DNA of 64,000 bases from an uncultured bacterium (GCA_963722385.1 CAVRKK010000002.1:1204487-1268486), one strand, 5' to 3'. Numbered from the stretch's first letter, positions 21,468 through 32,379 are shown. Notes: a model not told the origin generated them from the sequence alone. Translations and numbers: made by a program.

Positions 21468-24176
21468 TTACCCTTGCTCAATTACTTGCAGGGAGCTTCC
21501 CTGCGGACCCTTAAAAACATAAAACTGTACGGGAAATTGCTCTTTCATGATCGGTAAGTGCGAAACGATAATCACTTTTGCGAAGTCTTCTTGGATCTTG
21601 TAGAGCGCGTCCGTAATATGGGCGAGCCCCTCTTCATCTTGCGAACCAAACCCCTCATCTATGATCAGTATTTGGAGCGCTGCTCCTGCTCGCCGTGCGA
21701 GAAGCTTTGAAATAGCTATACGAAGCGCAAAATCGATCCTAAAGGCCTCTCCGCCGGAGAAGAGTTCATACGGCCGAATCCCTAAGGGATCTGATATCTT
21801 GATATCAAGCGTCTCTTTCGTGGCGCCACTTTTGAGGTCTCTGAGCGACTCGATTGTTAAATGCGCTTGGTTATCCGTAAGCTTGGCCAGCAGCGCATTA
21901 GCCTCTTGTTCAATTTCTGGGATAGCTTGCTCTATCAAGAGTGCTTGAATACCGTCCTTGCTCAATGCGTGGGCAAGTGCCTGGTATTCGTTGCACAGCG
22001 ACTCGAGTTCCGTATGACGCACTCGTGATTTTCGCGCCGCATCTTCTTTAAGCCGAATAAGCGTGCAATGGTGCTCAAGCGCGCCCTTTTTCTGTATAAA
22101 TTCTTCCTTGTGGGTTACCAGCTTTTTTAACTCCTGACTGACCTGCTCTGCTTGTAAACGAAGATTATCGAGGTGCGCTTGGCAGTTTTTAAACTGAGCG
22201 AGTTGCTCATGAATTAAGGGTGACTCTTGTTTGAGCTTTTTTATCAACGTTGCGAGCTCATGTATTTCTTGCTTGCGCTGCTCTTGGAGAGCCAGCTCTA
22301 CAAAAAATGCTTGATGCTCATGGCTTTGTTGCGTGAGCGCCGTGAGTTGATTGCAGGCTTTCTGGTACTCCTGGTCCTCGTGGGCGAGCTCAAGTGCATG
22401 CGTCTCACGTTTTTTTATGCCTTCTGTCAATAGTTTATATTCTGAATCCTCGTTTATATAAGACTCAGCCGAGCGCTGCTTGTCATGTTGTTCCTGGATT
22501 GTCTTAAGGAGGCTCTCGGCTATTTTGTAAGCCTCGACCGCTTGCTTGTATTCTTGCTCATGTTCGAACAGCTGCTGCTCCTGTTTTAATTTTTGCTGGA
22601 TCAGCTCATGAAGACGGCTTTCCAAGCGCGTCCGTTCTTGCTGCTCTTTCTTAAGCATTTCTATGTCATTGTGTTGCTTAAGTAAGAGCTCTTTTAGGTT
22701 TTGAATCACTAATATCACGCGGCTTAGCTGATGATTAAATAAACGGTTCATGTGCGCGAATGAGCTCTTAAGCTTCAAGCAAGCGGTTGACGTTAACTCC
22801 TGGCTGCACAGGGGGCAGCATGCTTGAGCCGTCTCAACCAATATGCGCTTGTCATCGAGCTCTTGCATGGCTTTTTGTAGGTTATTACGCCGTGCAATAA
22901 ATCGGTGATAAAATACTTTGCGACGCTCGAAAAGCTTTTCTTGATCTTGAAGTGTATGGTTCGTTAGTTGTTTGATCCGATCGCGGGTAAGCTCTATTTC
23001 TTGAGCCAGCCTTTTAAGTTCCTCGCGTGTAGTAACTTCGCGTTGGGCAAGTGCTTCATTCTGCTGTTTGAAATGGCGGACTGCTGTTTCTTGAGCGCTT
23101 TTCTTATTGGTAAATTCTTGGAGGCTTTTTGCTTGTTGCTTGATCAGAGTCTCTTTATGAGACTGAAGCTTATCTTTGCACGTACTAAGCTCTTCCATAA
23201 GGCGCCGATATTGCATCGGTCGTTCACGGAGCTGCTGTACGCGCTGTTCAAGCTGCGCTCTTTGCTCGGTGGCCGCCTGCACGAGAGCGAGGGCTTTCTT
23301 TTTATGTTGCACAGAGCGCCATATGCCGACTTTGTCCAAAAACAAGCGTGTTTGAGACTCGATCATGGCTCTGTTATGCTCTTCTACCAGGGCAAGCCGT
23401 GTCCAGGCTTGCTTTTGAGCTTCAAGGCCTTGCTTGCGTTCTTCGAGCTCACGAGCAACGCCTTTTAAGGCGTCTTCGCGTGCGTTGTTTTGGCTCAATT
23501 GCTTGTTGATATGCGTAAGCGCTGCTTCGACCTCTGCTTTTTGGTTGATGTCGTTCTGTAAAGCTGCCAAGCCTTGGGCCAGTACTTCTTTTTCCAGCAA
23601 TATGGCTCGCGCTTTTTCAGTCGCCTTTTTCCGAAGCTGCTCGTAGCGGTCGATTCCCAAAATGGCGGCAAGAATCTCTTTTCGCTCGCGGGACGACTTT
23701 TTAGAAAACTCGTTTGATTGTCCCTGTCGCAGAAATGCTGAATTGATAAATGATTCGTAATCAAGCCTGATAGTCTGGTTGATTTTCTCTTGCGTCGCGC
23801 GCATGGTCTTTTCGCTTAAAGGACGTATCTGCTGCGTTTTTTCATCGATAATGCCGAAATCCAAGTGGCTTACGGCTTTTGCGCCTAAGAGAGTATACTC
23901 GCGCCTTATGCGGTACGTAATGCCCGTATAGCGAAAATCCAGTGAAACCATCATGTGCGTCTGCCCCAGGCGCATCAGTCCTTCGTCTGCTTTTGACGGG
24001 GTAAATGCTTTTCGGGCTTGCCCCCAGAGCGCCCAGGTAAGAGCATCGAGAAGTGCTGACTTGCCATGCCCATTTTTCCCCGAAAGGCAGATAAGGTGAT
24101 AGGGCTCAAAACAAATGGTCTGTACCTGAGAACCGTAGCTGATAAAATTTTTTAACTGGAGTTTTAAGGGTACCAT
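21468..24176 (-). CDS. sbcC: SbcC/Rad50 family SMC-like ATPase
   Basis: GKNGHGKS Walker A, coiled coil with CPLC hook, FSGGE signature, IIDEGFGSQD Walker B. Confidence 0.9.
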   Translation of the reverse strand: MVPLKLQLKNFISYGSQVQTICFEPYHLICLSGKNGHGKSALLDALTWALWGQARKAFTPSKADEGLMRLGQTHMMVSLDFRYTGITYRIRREYTLLGAKAVSHLDFGIIDEKTQQIRPLSEKTMRATQEKINQTIRLDYESFINSAFLRQGQSNEFSKKSSRERKEILAAILGIDRYEQLRKKATEKARAILLEKEVLAQGLAALQNDINQKAEVEAALTHINKQLSQNNAREDALKGVARELEERKQGLEAQKQAWTRLALVEEHNRAMIESQTRLFLDKVGIWRSVQHKKKALALVQAATEQRAQLEQRVQQLRERPMQYRRLMEELSTCKDKLQSHKETLIKQQAKSLQEFTNKKSAQETAVRHFKQQNEALAQREVTTREELKRLAQEIELTRDRIKQLTNHTLQDQEKLFERRKVFYHRFIARRNNLQKAMQELDDKRILVETAQACCPLCSQELTSTACLKLKSSFAHMNRLFNHQLSRVILVIQNLKELLLKQHNDIEMLKKEQQERTRLESRLHELIQQKLKQEQQLFEHEQEYKQAVEAYKIAESLLKTIQEQHDKQRSAESYINEDSEYKLLTEGIKKRETHALELAHEDQEYQKACNQLTALTQQSHEHQAFFVELALQEQRKQEIHELATLIKKLKQESPLIHEQLAQFKNCQAHLDNLRLQAEQVSQELKKLVTHKEEFIQKKGALEHHCTLIRLKEDAARKSRVRHTELESLCNEYQALAHALSKDGIQALLIEQAIPEIEQEANALLAKLTDNQAHLTIESLRDLKSGATKETLDIKISDPLGIRPYELFSGGEAFRIDFALRIAISKLLARRAGAALQILIIDEGFGSQDEEGLAHITDALYKIQEDFAKVIIVSHLPIMKEQFPVQFYVFKGPQGSSLQVIEQG

Positions 24177-24341
24177 AGCCGCCTGTTATTGAGGTTAAGT
24201 ATCTTACATAATTGCTGAAATTATCAAAAAAATCCAGTATAGAATGCGATCTGGTCATAGCTTGCTATAAAATTTACCCTTGCTTTTTTCTTGTTTAAAA
24301 TTCTATTATTAAAGAGAACCAACTAAACAAAGGAGATATTT

Positions 24342-24857
24342 ATGTTTACAAGAAGTCTACTAATTTCTTTCTTGAGCGTGTCGCTTCTCGTGGTAAGCCT
24401 TGATGCTGCGATAACCCGAGAAACAAAGGTCCCAGCTACATCAAGCCTTCTATCTTTGCATGCACCTGGAGCACCAACTGAGGTTAAAACGCCTGTCATA
24501 CCAACAGCTCGCCGAGCCGGTGGCATGGGTTATATGGATCAAACGGGTCAATTTACCTTTGATGCTGGGTTTAAGAATCGCCTTGCCAACTTGATCAGGG
24601 TTTATGTTTTTAAAGATAACCCAACGGTTGGCTATATTGCATTTGCAGGGCATCATATTGCTTCTATCAATATAGTTCGATCAGATATTCTGGCAAAAAA
24701 AGGCCAAATACTCATAGGGCATTTGCCTAATATGAACGTTTATATTCACGAAGGCGCTCTTGCAGAGCATCATCAACCTATGTGGAAGAACCTTTGGAAG
24801 CGAATGAAAGGTGCAGCACGACAAGCTACCACGAGAGTTCCGTTGGTACGTAAATAA
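24342..24857 (+). CDS. secreted hypothetical protein
   Basis: AAGGAG RBS, signal peptide. Confidence 0.7.
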   Translation: MFTRSLLISFLSVSLLVVSLDAAITRETKVPATSSLLSLHAPGAPTEVKTPVIPTARRAGGMGYMDQTGQFTFDAGFKNRLANLIRVYVFKDNPTVGYIAFAGHHIASINIVRSDILAKKGQILIGHLPNMNVYIHEGALAEHHQPMWKNLWKRMKGAARQATTRVPLVRK

Positions 24858-24864
24858 TTACGCA

Positions 24865-26604
24865 CTACGCATTTTGCGCGGCATCCATCAAAACGCAATA
24901 ACGGCTAATAAAAGCTACGGCAACGTCGATGGCGTAGCTTGACGAGCCGGCATTTTCAAGTAATACGAGCAGGGCAAGAGGCTCATAGTTTTGATAGCGA
25001 ATATAAACGATAATCCATCCATGCTCTCGATATTTTTTGCCGAAGTTTCTTTTCTCAAGCGAGCTTGTTTGTGCGGTACCCGTTTTTGCATAGAGCTCAA
25101 TATTCATATTGCGCAGGCGACGGCTGGTGCCGCGTTCTCGAGCGAGGGCCATCGACTCTTTCAGAAATGATCGTGTGGTCTGGCTAATAGCGAGTGGCCT
25201 TTTTTCATGTTCATTGCTTTCTGCTGCAGCCTTTAGTATGCAGGGCCGCACGAGAAAACCTTCGCAGATAGCTGATACCATGCAGGCCATCTGTATTGGG
25301 GTTACTAATAGGAAGCTTTGGCCTATAGCTGCAGAAAGCGTTTCGCCTGGCCACCAACGCTCTCTTTTGTTTGCTTGCTTCCAGGCACTTGTTGGCACGA
25401 GTCCGGCTTTTTCCGGAAATGCGCCATTTGTTTTTGTGCCTAGGCCGAAACGGTGCGCATAATCTGCCAGCGTATCTATCTTGATATGCTGTGCAATATC
25501 ATAAAATGGTATATTGCAGGAATGGGCAACAGCTGCGAGAGCATTAAGTTTGCCATGCCCTTTGTGATTACTGCAATGATAAGGCCTGCCGGCAAAGACG
25601 AGCGAGCCTTTGCATTCCCATTCTGTTTCTGGTGTTATGAGGTTTGTTTCAAGGGCAGCGCTAATAGTAACGAGCTTGAAGAGCGAGGCAGGAGGATAGA
25701 GGGCACCAAAAGCGCGGTTAAGAAAAGGCTGCTTTTCATCTTGCAAAGACTCCCAGGTAGTTTTATCAAGCGACTCGATGAACATGTTCGGATCAAAGGC
25801 CGGCCGTGAAACGACCGCCTTGAGTGCGCCTGTTCGTGGGCTTAGTGCCAAGATGACCCCTGCATACTCGGTGGGGAAAACGTCTTCAGCAAGATGTTGG
25901 ATGTCGAGATCAATGGTGGTTTCAAGGTCACCGCCCTTGCAGGCTTTTTGTATTTCTTCTTGGGCAAGTTGCTGCCCTTGAGAGTTAATTTTCTTTCTTA
26001 TTTGACCAAAGCTTCCCTGGAGTTCATTTTCATAAATTTTTTCGAGGCCCATCTGCCCTGCCGGCTTTGTGGTGATAGAGCCCAGATAGCCGAGTACATG
26101 GCATGCCAAAGAGCTGTAAGGATAGCTGCGCTTGAAGGCCGTATCAAAAAGGAGATTTTTATGCTGAGGAAAGTGCTCAATGATGCGGCTTAGCAGAGCG
26201 AAACTAATTTCAGCATCAAGCAAAAATTTACTATTTCTGCGCTCAGCCTGCATAAAAGCTGGATCTTGTTCGATATTCTTGTTGAGGAGTTGTTCAAGAA
26301 ACTGGACGACTGCTTTTTGTGAAGCATCGAGACTTCTTTTACCTGACCCTTGCCAATAGAGTGAAGTAACGGGCCGGCTGGTGGCAAGTGGGCGTCCCTT
26401 GACATCGAGGATATTGCCGCGTGGTGGTATAATTTTTTCAGTCCGTAAAAAATTGCGCTCGCCAAGGGTAAAAAAGCGCGTGAAAAAGTGGATTTGGAGT
26501 TCAAAGAGGCGGATAATGATGAATACAAACCCCACCATCAGGAACCGCCTGAACATGCTCAAGCGTTGTGTCAGTTTGCCAAGGCCTGAATCGACTGGCT
26601 GCAT
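24865..26604 (-). CDS. mrdA: penicillin-binding protein 2 (class B transpeptidase)
   Basis: N-terminal TM, PPRGNILD, SLFK (SxxK), SCN (SxN), KTGTAQ. Confidence 0.9.
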   Translation of the reverse strand: MQPVDSGLGKLTQRLSMFRRFLMVGFVFIIIRLFELQIHFFTRFFTLGERNFLRTEKIIPPRGNILDVKGRPLATSRPVTSLYWQGSGKRSLDASQKAVVQFLEQLLNKNIEQDPAFMQAERRNSKFLLDAEISFALLSRIIEHFPQHKNLLFDTAFKRSYPYSSLACHVLGYLGSITTKPAGQMGLEKIYENELQGSFGQIRKKINSQGQQLAQEEIQKACKGGDLETTIDLDIQHLAEDVFPTEYAGVILALSPRTGALKAVVSRPAFDPNMFIESLDKTTWESLQDEKQPFLNRAFGALYPPASLFKLVTISAALETNLITPETEWECKGSLVFAGRPYHCSNHKGHGKLNALAAVAHSCNIPFYDIAQHIKIDTLADYAHRFGLGTKTNGAFPEKAGLVPTSAWKQANKRERWWPGETLSAAIGQSFLLVTPIQMACMVSAICEGFLVRPCILKAAAESNEHEKRPLAISQTTRSFLKESMALARERGTSRRLRNMNIELYAKTGTAQTSSLEKRNFGKKYREHGWIIVYIRYQNYEPLALLVLLENAGSSSYAIDVAVAFISRYCVLMDAAQNA

Positions 26605-26649
26605 GTCCTTCCCTCTGCCGTAGAGAACAATCTTGCTATCTGTTGCCCA

Positions 26650-29382
26650 TTATTCAAGGTTATATTCTTTGCACCGGCGGTTGACCGATGACCGATTTAC
26701 GCCGAGGAACGTTGCAATTTTAGTCTGATTTTTAAATTTATTCCAGAGCATGGTCATGATACGTGCGTCTTTAAGGGCGTGCTTGCCAAGGCGGGCGGCC
26801 TGGGAAAGCTCGGGATCAGCGATGGTATAGGCGGTATCAAGCGTAATCTCTTGGATATTTTTTTTGTTGGATTTTTGCGCCAAGCTAAATTGGATATGCT
26901 CTTTAAATTCTTGAAGGCTAATAAGGGATCCCTGGTTGATAATCCGCTCGCGTTCTTTTTTGCTTAACTCAAGCAGGTTTTTAAGCTCTTTTGCGCGCAG
27001 TGTTTGATCAACATAGCCATCCATAAGCTCATAAAGCTCTCCCTGCTCGAGAGAAACGAGAGCGGGAAGGCGCACGGTCGTATGGGTAATTTCTTGTAAA
27101 AGCGCTGGTGAGAAGAGGCCTTCTTGTGCGAGGACAGCCAGCTTACGGACACTCGAGCAGATAATCCGAACGTTGCTTGTGTTTTTGCGGTCGCTTCTGA
27201 GAGGCTTGTAAAAACCATAGTGAATAAACTCGGCGAGGGCATGCTGGGTTTCGAGGCTTAAGAGTTCAATATTTTCAATAAAGAGCGTTCCTACGTCATT
27301 GAGCCTTTCGAGCAGCGCTGGGTCTTGCAGGCCATTGTCGAACAAGGGATTAATGCCAAAGAGCTTGAGGGCGGCTTCATGATTTTTCTCAGGGGAGCTT
27401 AGCTTTAGCATGTGGAGCTCAGAGCGCAAGCTGATGTGATGGATGATCTCAACGGTCGAAGTGAGATCTTCGCTGGGCATATCTAAGAAGATAGCTTTCT
27501 TGCCTAATGCTGCTTTTAGCAGGGTGATTTTGAAATTGAGGAGCGTTTCTCCTGAGCCAGGAATAAGTTTATTGATGAGCTGACCGGAGTGAGTGGTTTC
27601 CAAATAAAGAGCATAGTCCCACTCTGAAGGGTCTTTGAGGAGGGCGATCCTGTCATGGAGGGTGTCGGCAACCTCTGGATAGTAGACGGTAATAATGACA
27701 TAGCTGTTATCAAGGCTTGGTATACCGGCGATCACGAGCTTATTATTAGCATTATCCTTTGTCATAATAGTTTGCGCCGCTTTATATTCTTGAACATTGC
27801 GCGCTAGTTTTTTGAGCTCTTTATTGAGCTCGTACCCCGTTTCTTTGTTGAGGTCAATACCGAGCATCTCTTGGGCAACCTGATTACCGTAACTAAAACG
27901 CCGCCCTTTATAAAAAATAATGCCAATTCTTCGCTCGCTTGCGCTTCTCAGGAACGAACGAATGCTTTCTTTATATTGACTAATCTCCTGGTGCTTTTGG
28001 TAAAGCTCTTCTTTGACGTCCTTATGCTCCTTGAGCATAGCTCGAAGATTGTTATGCTTAAGCAAATTAATAATAGCTGACAGATAATTGGCAAAGATGA
28101 GCATTTCATCACGGTCGGTATAGCTGAAAAACCGATGTGGCCGTGCATTGTGCTCTATGGTGATATAAGCTATAATCGCTTGCTTATCATAAATAGGTAC
28201 GAAAACGTCAGCATTAATATTTTTAAGAAAGCTAATGAGGGTTTCAATAGTAGGATCTGGCTGATAAAAATTAGTAAATTCGAGCTCATCCCTAATAAGT
28301 ACTTTTAGTTGGTAAATCATGAGGCGAAGCGCTTCGTTTTCGGGCAAGCGGGCCACCATATTTTCTATACAATGGTAGGTGTAATATTTGTCAGGGTCCA
28401 TTGCTTCTCTATCAGCTTTTTCTTTGGCCTGACTGCGATCGAGCGATCGGATATAAAGAAAAGTATTGCCAGGAGCAACTTCCAGTTCTTTTTTAAAAAA
28501 ATTTTGAGTTAGGTGTCTCACTTGGCTTAGGGTCGTAACATAAGCAAGCTGTTCAAGGGTGTCTTTGAAGTTTTGAATGAAATTGCTATCATATTGTATG
28601 TCGATATGGTCTTTTGTGTTAAGAAAGCGTAGCTTCGTGATTCGACGAGCGCCAAAATAAAGCCCGTACGTAAGCAAAATACCTGAAAGACTTACGAATG
28701 GGTAAATCTCTTGCTTATAAAGAAATAATGCTAGAGGCATTAATGAAGCGAACTCAAGGAGTTGATAAGGTATTATCGAATATTTCATAAGCGTTTGCAA
28801 TTGTGCTGAAACGATTTTAGGGAGCGAACGAGATCGGAGCATATTGAGAACACGGTATATTACCGGAATAAGAATTGCGTAGCAGAAGCAATAACTTATT
28901 ACGTTAATCGTATGGTTGATGGACTCAAAATATGGTAATTCGTATTGATTAAAATAGAGGATTGTTATGGCAAGCTGCGCGGTAAGCAAAATAAACGTGC
29001 CACAGCACTGAAAAGCTTTAGAAGGCGTCCACTTTATTCGTTGGGTAGGACAAATAAGCTGATCGATAAAAAATGATAGGGCCAATTGCTCGGTAATACT
29101 ACAAAGCCAGCTTATTCTTACGAGCGTAGGCGTAATTGATCCTAATGATGGAAGCACAGTATCTTTGAGTAACTTGACGATCCAACTGAGGTCGATGACG
29201 GCGTTGGAAACGAGCAAAATAATAATAAAAACCCAAAGGAGGTGAGGAACCCTGGCGCGGAATTTAAGACGTATGAGTCCGCCAATAAAAAGAGACTTAA
29301 AAAAAAAGGTAAGAACCTTAATAGCAAGAAGCACGTAAGGGCTCGAAAACATGCTTAAAAATAGGGAAACTAGCGTCTGCAT
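26650..29382 (-). CDS. multi-pass membrane protein fused to degenerate sigma54-activator-type AAA+ domain and C-terminal HTH
   Basis: ~7 hydrophobic segments; GTLFIENIELL, NVRIICSS; QTKIATFLGVNRSSVNRR Fis-like HTH. Confidence 0.75.
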   Translation of the reverse strand: MQTLVSLFLSMFSSPYVLLAIKVLTFFFKSLFIGGLIRLKFRARVPHLLWVFIIILLVSNAVIDLSWIVKLLKDTVLPSLGSITPTLVRISWLCSITEQLALSFFIDQLICPTQRIKWTPSKAFQCCGTFILLTAQLAITILYFNQYELPYFESINHTINVISYCFCYAILIPVIYRVLNMLRSRSLPKIVSAQLQTLMKYSIIPYQLLEFASLMPLALFLYKQEIYPFVSLSGILLTYGLYFGARRITKLRFLNTKDHIDIQYDSNFIQNFKDTLEQLAYVTTLSQVRHLTQNFFKKELEVAPGNTFLYIRSLDRSQAKEKADREAMDPDKYYTYHCIENMVARLPENEALRLMIYQLKVLIRDELEFTNFYQPDPTIETLISFLKNINADVFVPIYDKQAIIAYITIEHNARPHRFFSYTDRDEMLIFANYLSAIINLLKHNNLRAMLKEHKDVKEELYQKHQEISQYKESIRSFLRSASERRIGIIFYKGRRFSYGNQVAQEMLGIDLNKETGYELNKELKKLARNVQEYKAAQTIMTKDNANNKLVIAGIPSLDNSYVIITVYYPEVADTLHDRIALLKDPSEWDYALYLETTHSGQLINKLIPGSGETLLNFKITLLKAALGKKAIFLDMPSEDLTSTVEIIHHISLRSELHMLKLSSPEKNHEAALKLFGINPLFDNGLQDPALLERLNDVGTLFIENIELLSLETQHALAEFIHYGFYKPLRSDRKNTSNVRIICSSVRKLAVLAQEGLFSPALLQEITHTTVRLPALVSLEQGELYELMDGYVDQTLRAKELKNLLELSKKERERIINQGSLISLQEFKEHIQFSLAQKSNKKNIQEITLDTAYTIADPELSQAARLGKHALKDARIMTMLWNKFKNQTKIATFLGVNRSSVNRRCKEYNLE

Positions 29383-29628
29383 AAGAACTTTTGGTCGACT
29401 TTTTAATTACTGTTGCTTTTTTCTTCTTTTCTCATATACTGAGTTGCAGGTTAAATCTCTTGCATATTAAGAGAGGTTTGATTTAGTATAACTTATTTAC
29501 AACCAATATTAAAGGGGTTTGCTATGGTACCTGCTCCGGTAATTGCTCACTGGCCACCTTGGATCGGCTAAAGCTGATTTTGGGGGTTATGAGGGATAGC
29601 TTATATCCTTGGAGGTATATAAGCACGC

Positions 29629-30276
29629 ATGGAAGCTCAGCCGTCTTCGATAAGACTGTTACTCGATGAACTTGAAAAAATTGTGCGAGGAATGGCTGAG
29701 CCTCTATCGCCAAAGTTGGATCGTGAGTATAATCACGATCCTTTTGTTTTGTTAATCGGCTGTCTTCTCAGCTTGCGCACGCGCGATACGGTGACGTATC
29801 CAGTCTGCAAGAAGCTTTTCGCTCGAGCGCGGACGCCTGAGGCTCTCTTAAAAATCTCTCTTCCAGAACTTGAAAACCTTATTCACTCGGTTAATTACTA
29901 TCGGCGCAAAGCCAAAGTTCTTCGAGCAGTTTCTCAGGAATTGCTGACGCGCTTTGGCGGCAGGGTTCCCTCTGATGAAGCGGCATTGCTTTCTTTGCCT
30001 GGCGTTGGAAGAAAAACGGCTAATCTGGTGCGTGCCGAGGCGTTTGGCATTCCCGCTCTCGCTGTTGATACGCATGTGCATCGCCTTGCCAATGAGCTTG
30101 GGTTGGTTACTACTAAGACTCCCCGAGAGACCGAGGATGCGCTTAAGAAGATCATCCCTCGAGATCGCTGGATTCAGGCGCATACTCTTTTAGTGACCTG
30201 TGGTCAAAATAATTGCAATATAGAGCCGCTTAAGAGCTTGATTGGGGGACATGCAAATCGTGCCCCCCTGCTTTGA
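29629..30276 (+). CDS. nth: endonuclease III family HhH-GPD DNA glycosylase
   Basis: LLSLRTRD, LPGVGRKTAN, AVDTHVHR. Confidence 0.88.
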   Translation: MEAQPSSIRLLLDELEKIVRGMAEPLSPKLDREYNHDPFVLLIGCLLSLRTRDTVTYPVCKKLFARARTPEALLKISLPELENLIHSVNYYRRKAKVLRAVSQELLTRFGGRVPSDEAALLSLPGVGRKTANLVRAEAFGIPALAVDTHVHRLANELGLVTTKTPRETEDALKKIIPRDRWIQAHTLLVTCGQNNCNIEPLKSLIGGHANRAPLL

Positions 30277-30280
30277 CGTG

Positions 30281-30769
30281 CTACTTATTGAAAAAGTTGC
30301 TACCTGATTTGATTGAAGATAGCCCGAAGGGTTGTTCCTTTGAGCTTGATGGTTGTGTGCCATAAGCCGATTCGCCTGGCTTTTGGAATAGCCCTGCCAG
30401 TTCTTCTTTTTTCTTAGGAGTAACTTTGCGTACGGTTGTTTTTCGTGCTACCGCTTTCTTGGCGACGACTGTTCTTTTTGCGGCAGCTTTTTTGGCTGCT
30501 GGTCGTGCTGTCTTTTTGGCAGGTGCCCGTCTGGTAGTTTTTGCTGCTGCTGTTTTTGCCCGGACAGTTTTGCGAGCACCCGGAGCCGCTCGTTTGGCCG
30601 TTGTGCGTTTGGCTGCTGCGCGCTTAACGGCTGGACGCTTGGCCGCTGGCTTTGCTTTAGCAACAACGCGTTTGGTTTTTTTTGCCGCAGCCGTTTTGGT
30701 TGTCGCACCGGCCCTTGCTGTTTTTCTTTTTGTTGTCCGCTTGGTCGCTGCTTTTTTTACTGCTACCAT
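30281..30769 (-). CDS. histone H1-like basic nucleoid protein
   Basis: K/A/R/T-rich AAKK/AAKR repeats; AAGGAGAG RBS. Confidence 0.75.
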   Translation of the reverse strand: MVAVKKAATKRTTKRKTARAGATTKTAAAKKTKRVVAKAKPAAKRPAVKRAAAKRTTAKRAAPGARKTVRAKTAAAKTTRRAPAKKTARPAAKKAAAKRTVVAKKAVARKTTVRKVTPKKKEELAGLFQKPGESAYGTQPSSSKEQPFGLSSIKSGSNFFNK

Positions 30770-30921
30770 ACCCTCTCTCCTTTTGGTGTACTTGATCTGT
30801 TTCTTACACTATAGAAGAAGCAGATCACTAATCAATATTTTTTCTTTAGGCTCGTAAAATCGAGTAGGCTATTTGCACTTAAATTTAATGTTAAGCAATT
30901 CGCGAAGGCCCTGCTTATCGC

Positions 30922-31704
30922 TCAATCGAGCTGTAGGCAATTATGACAATACGCTGTAAGTGGTATGCCCTTAAAAGCAGGAGACCCTTCAACCAATGAG
31001 ATATCGTTGAGTATGCCTTTAGCCCAATCAACGATGTAGGGTGTCCCGAAGGCACCGGCAAGCGAAGGAAGAATTAATCTACCAAAATCAATTAAGCTTG
31101 ACTTCCCTGTTTGTGGTTGGCCCATTGCTTGTGTTATGACCCGTGAGGCTACCAGTGAAATGAGATAACTCGTGACGCATGAAAATGCTGCCTCTTGCAC
31201 GGTAACAAGCTTATCAAGTATTTTTTCTGACAGTGTCTGTTGCACCGGACATTGATCAATGTCGGAGCGAAACCATTGAGAAAAATCTTCCGAAGGAAAT
31301 GCTGTCATGTACTCTTTTTCTGTATGCTTGCTTGCATACCAATCGGGAAGCTTAGATACGAACTGCTGGATAAACTGAAGTCCCTTGTGGGCAAACTTGC
31401 CGGATTGAAAAAGAGCTGTCAAAAGATACCGTCGCGGGTCGTTGGTTGCAAAAAGCTGACCAACGAGTTGGTCTCTAAATACGCGGTCCGTTATGGCCTT
31501 CATGATAACTTCAAGGGTGCCCCTTTTGGCTTTATACTCGGGTGTATTTTTTTGGTCAGGATAGGCTATGTCCATTATCCAATCAATGGCCGCTGATAAC
31601 CCGACGCCCTCAGCAAAAGATGAGGTTACGTTTATCGGTTGCTGAGCTTGCATATTCTTATAACCGAGTATCAACAATAGGCACAGCAATATTTTTACTT
31701 TCAT
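30922..31704 (-). CDS. secreted/membrane hypothetical protein
   Basis: long ORF, MKVKILLCLLLILG signal-like N-terminus. Confidence 0.7.
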   Translation of the reverse strand: MKVKILLCLLLILGYKNMQAQQPINVTSSFAEGVGLSAAIDWIMDIAYPDQKNTPEYKAKRGTLEVIMKAITDRVFRDQLVGQLFATNDPRRYLLTALFQSGKFAHKGLQFIQQFVSKLPDWYASKHTEKEYMTAFPSEDFSQWFRSDIDQCPVQQTLSEKILDKLVTVQEAAFSCVTSYLISLVASRVITQAMGQPQTGKSSLIDFGRLILPSLAGAFGTPYIVDWAKGILNDISLVEGSPAFKGIPLTAYCHNCLQLD

Positions 31705-32091
31705 GATAACCCTTTTCGTTATTGGCATAGAGCCACGTCAAAAGCTTTCCTTTTGCACTTTCTTATAGTAGTGTGTGACTATAGAATAATTATATAATTA
31801 ACTATAAGAAATTTTAAGCTATATAGTCAAGAATTTATATTGTTATTAATAAATTATAATTGATAATTTTGAGCCTTAGAGTTTCTCTGTTTGCTATTTA
31901 ATGTGTCACGGCTAGAAATTTTGCGGTGGATTGTAATTTGACTTAAGATGCATGGCCTACTATATTGAACTCATCGAAACCAGGATTTTAATTATTTTTT
32001 TAATGAATAGGAGTTTAAGACCTGCGGCTGGCATGACTTTCCATGGTCTGGTCCCGTATCTTTCCTTGCTTTAAGGAGCCGTGATACGGCA

Positions 32092-32379
32092 TTGCTCGAA
32101 CTATTATTCAATCATGGTGCGTGTGCCAATGGTCATGCGCCGACTTACGGGGATTTGTTGCTGGAAGCACGTTATGAAAAAAGTGAAGAAATGATGGAGC
32201 TTGTTGATCGTTATCTTGCGATTCAGAAAAATCAAGGAATATGTCCCGAGGGCGTTCGTGAGTTTAGTATTCTCGAGCAGCTCGAGCGCAAGAGGGTTGA
32301 AGACTTGGAAGCTCTGGACGACTTAGCACAGCGAAAGATGAGTTATAACTGTACCAACCAAATGGGAATAAGTCGATAA
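32092..32379 (+). pseudogene. possible ankyrin-protein C-terminal remnant
   Basis: LLELLFNHGA..N resembles an ankyrin repeat end; TTG start, no clear RBS. Confidence 0.35.
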
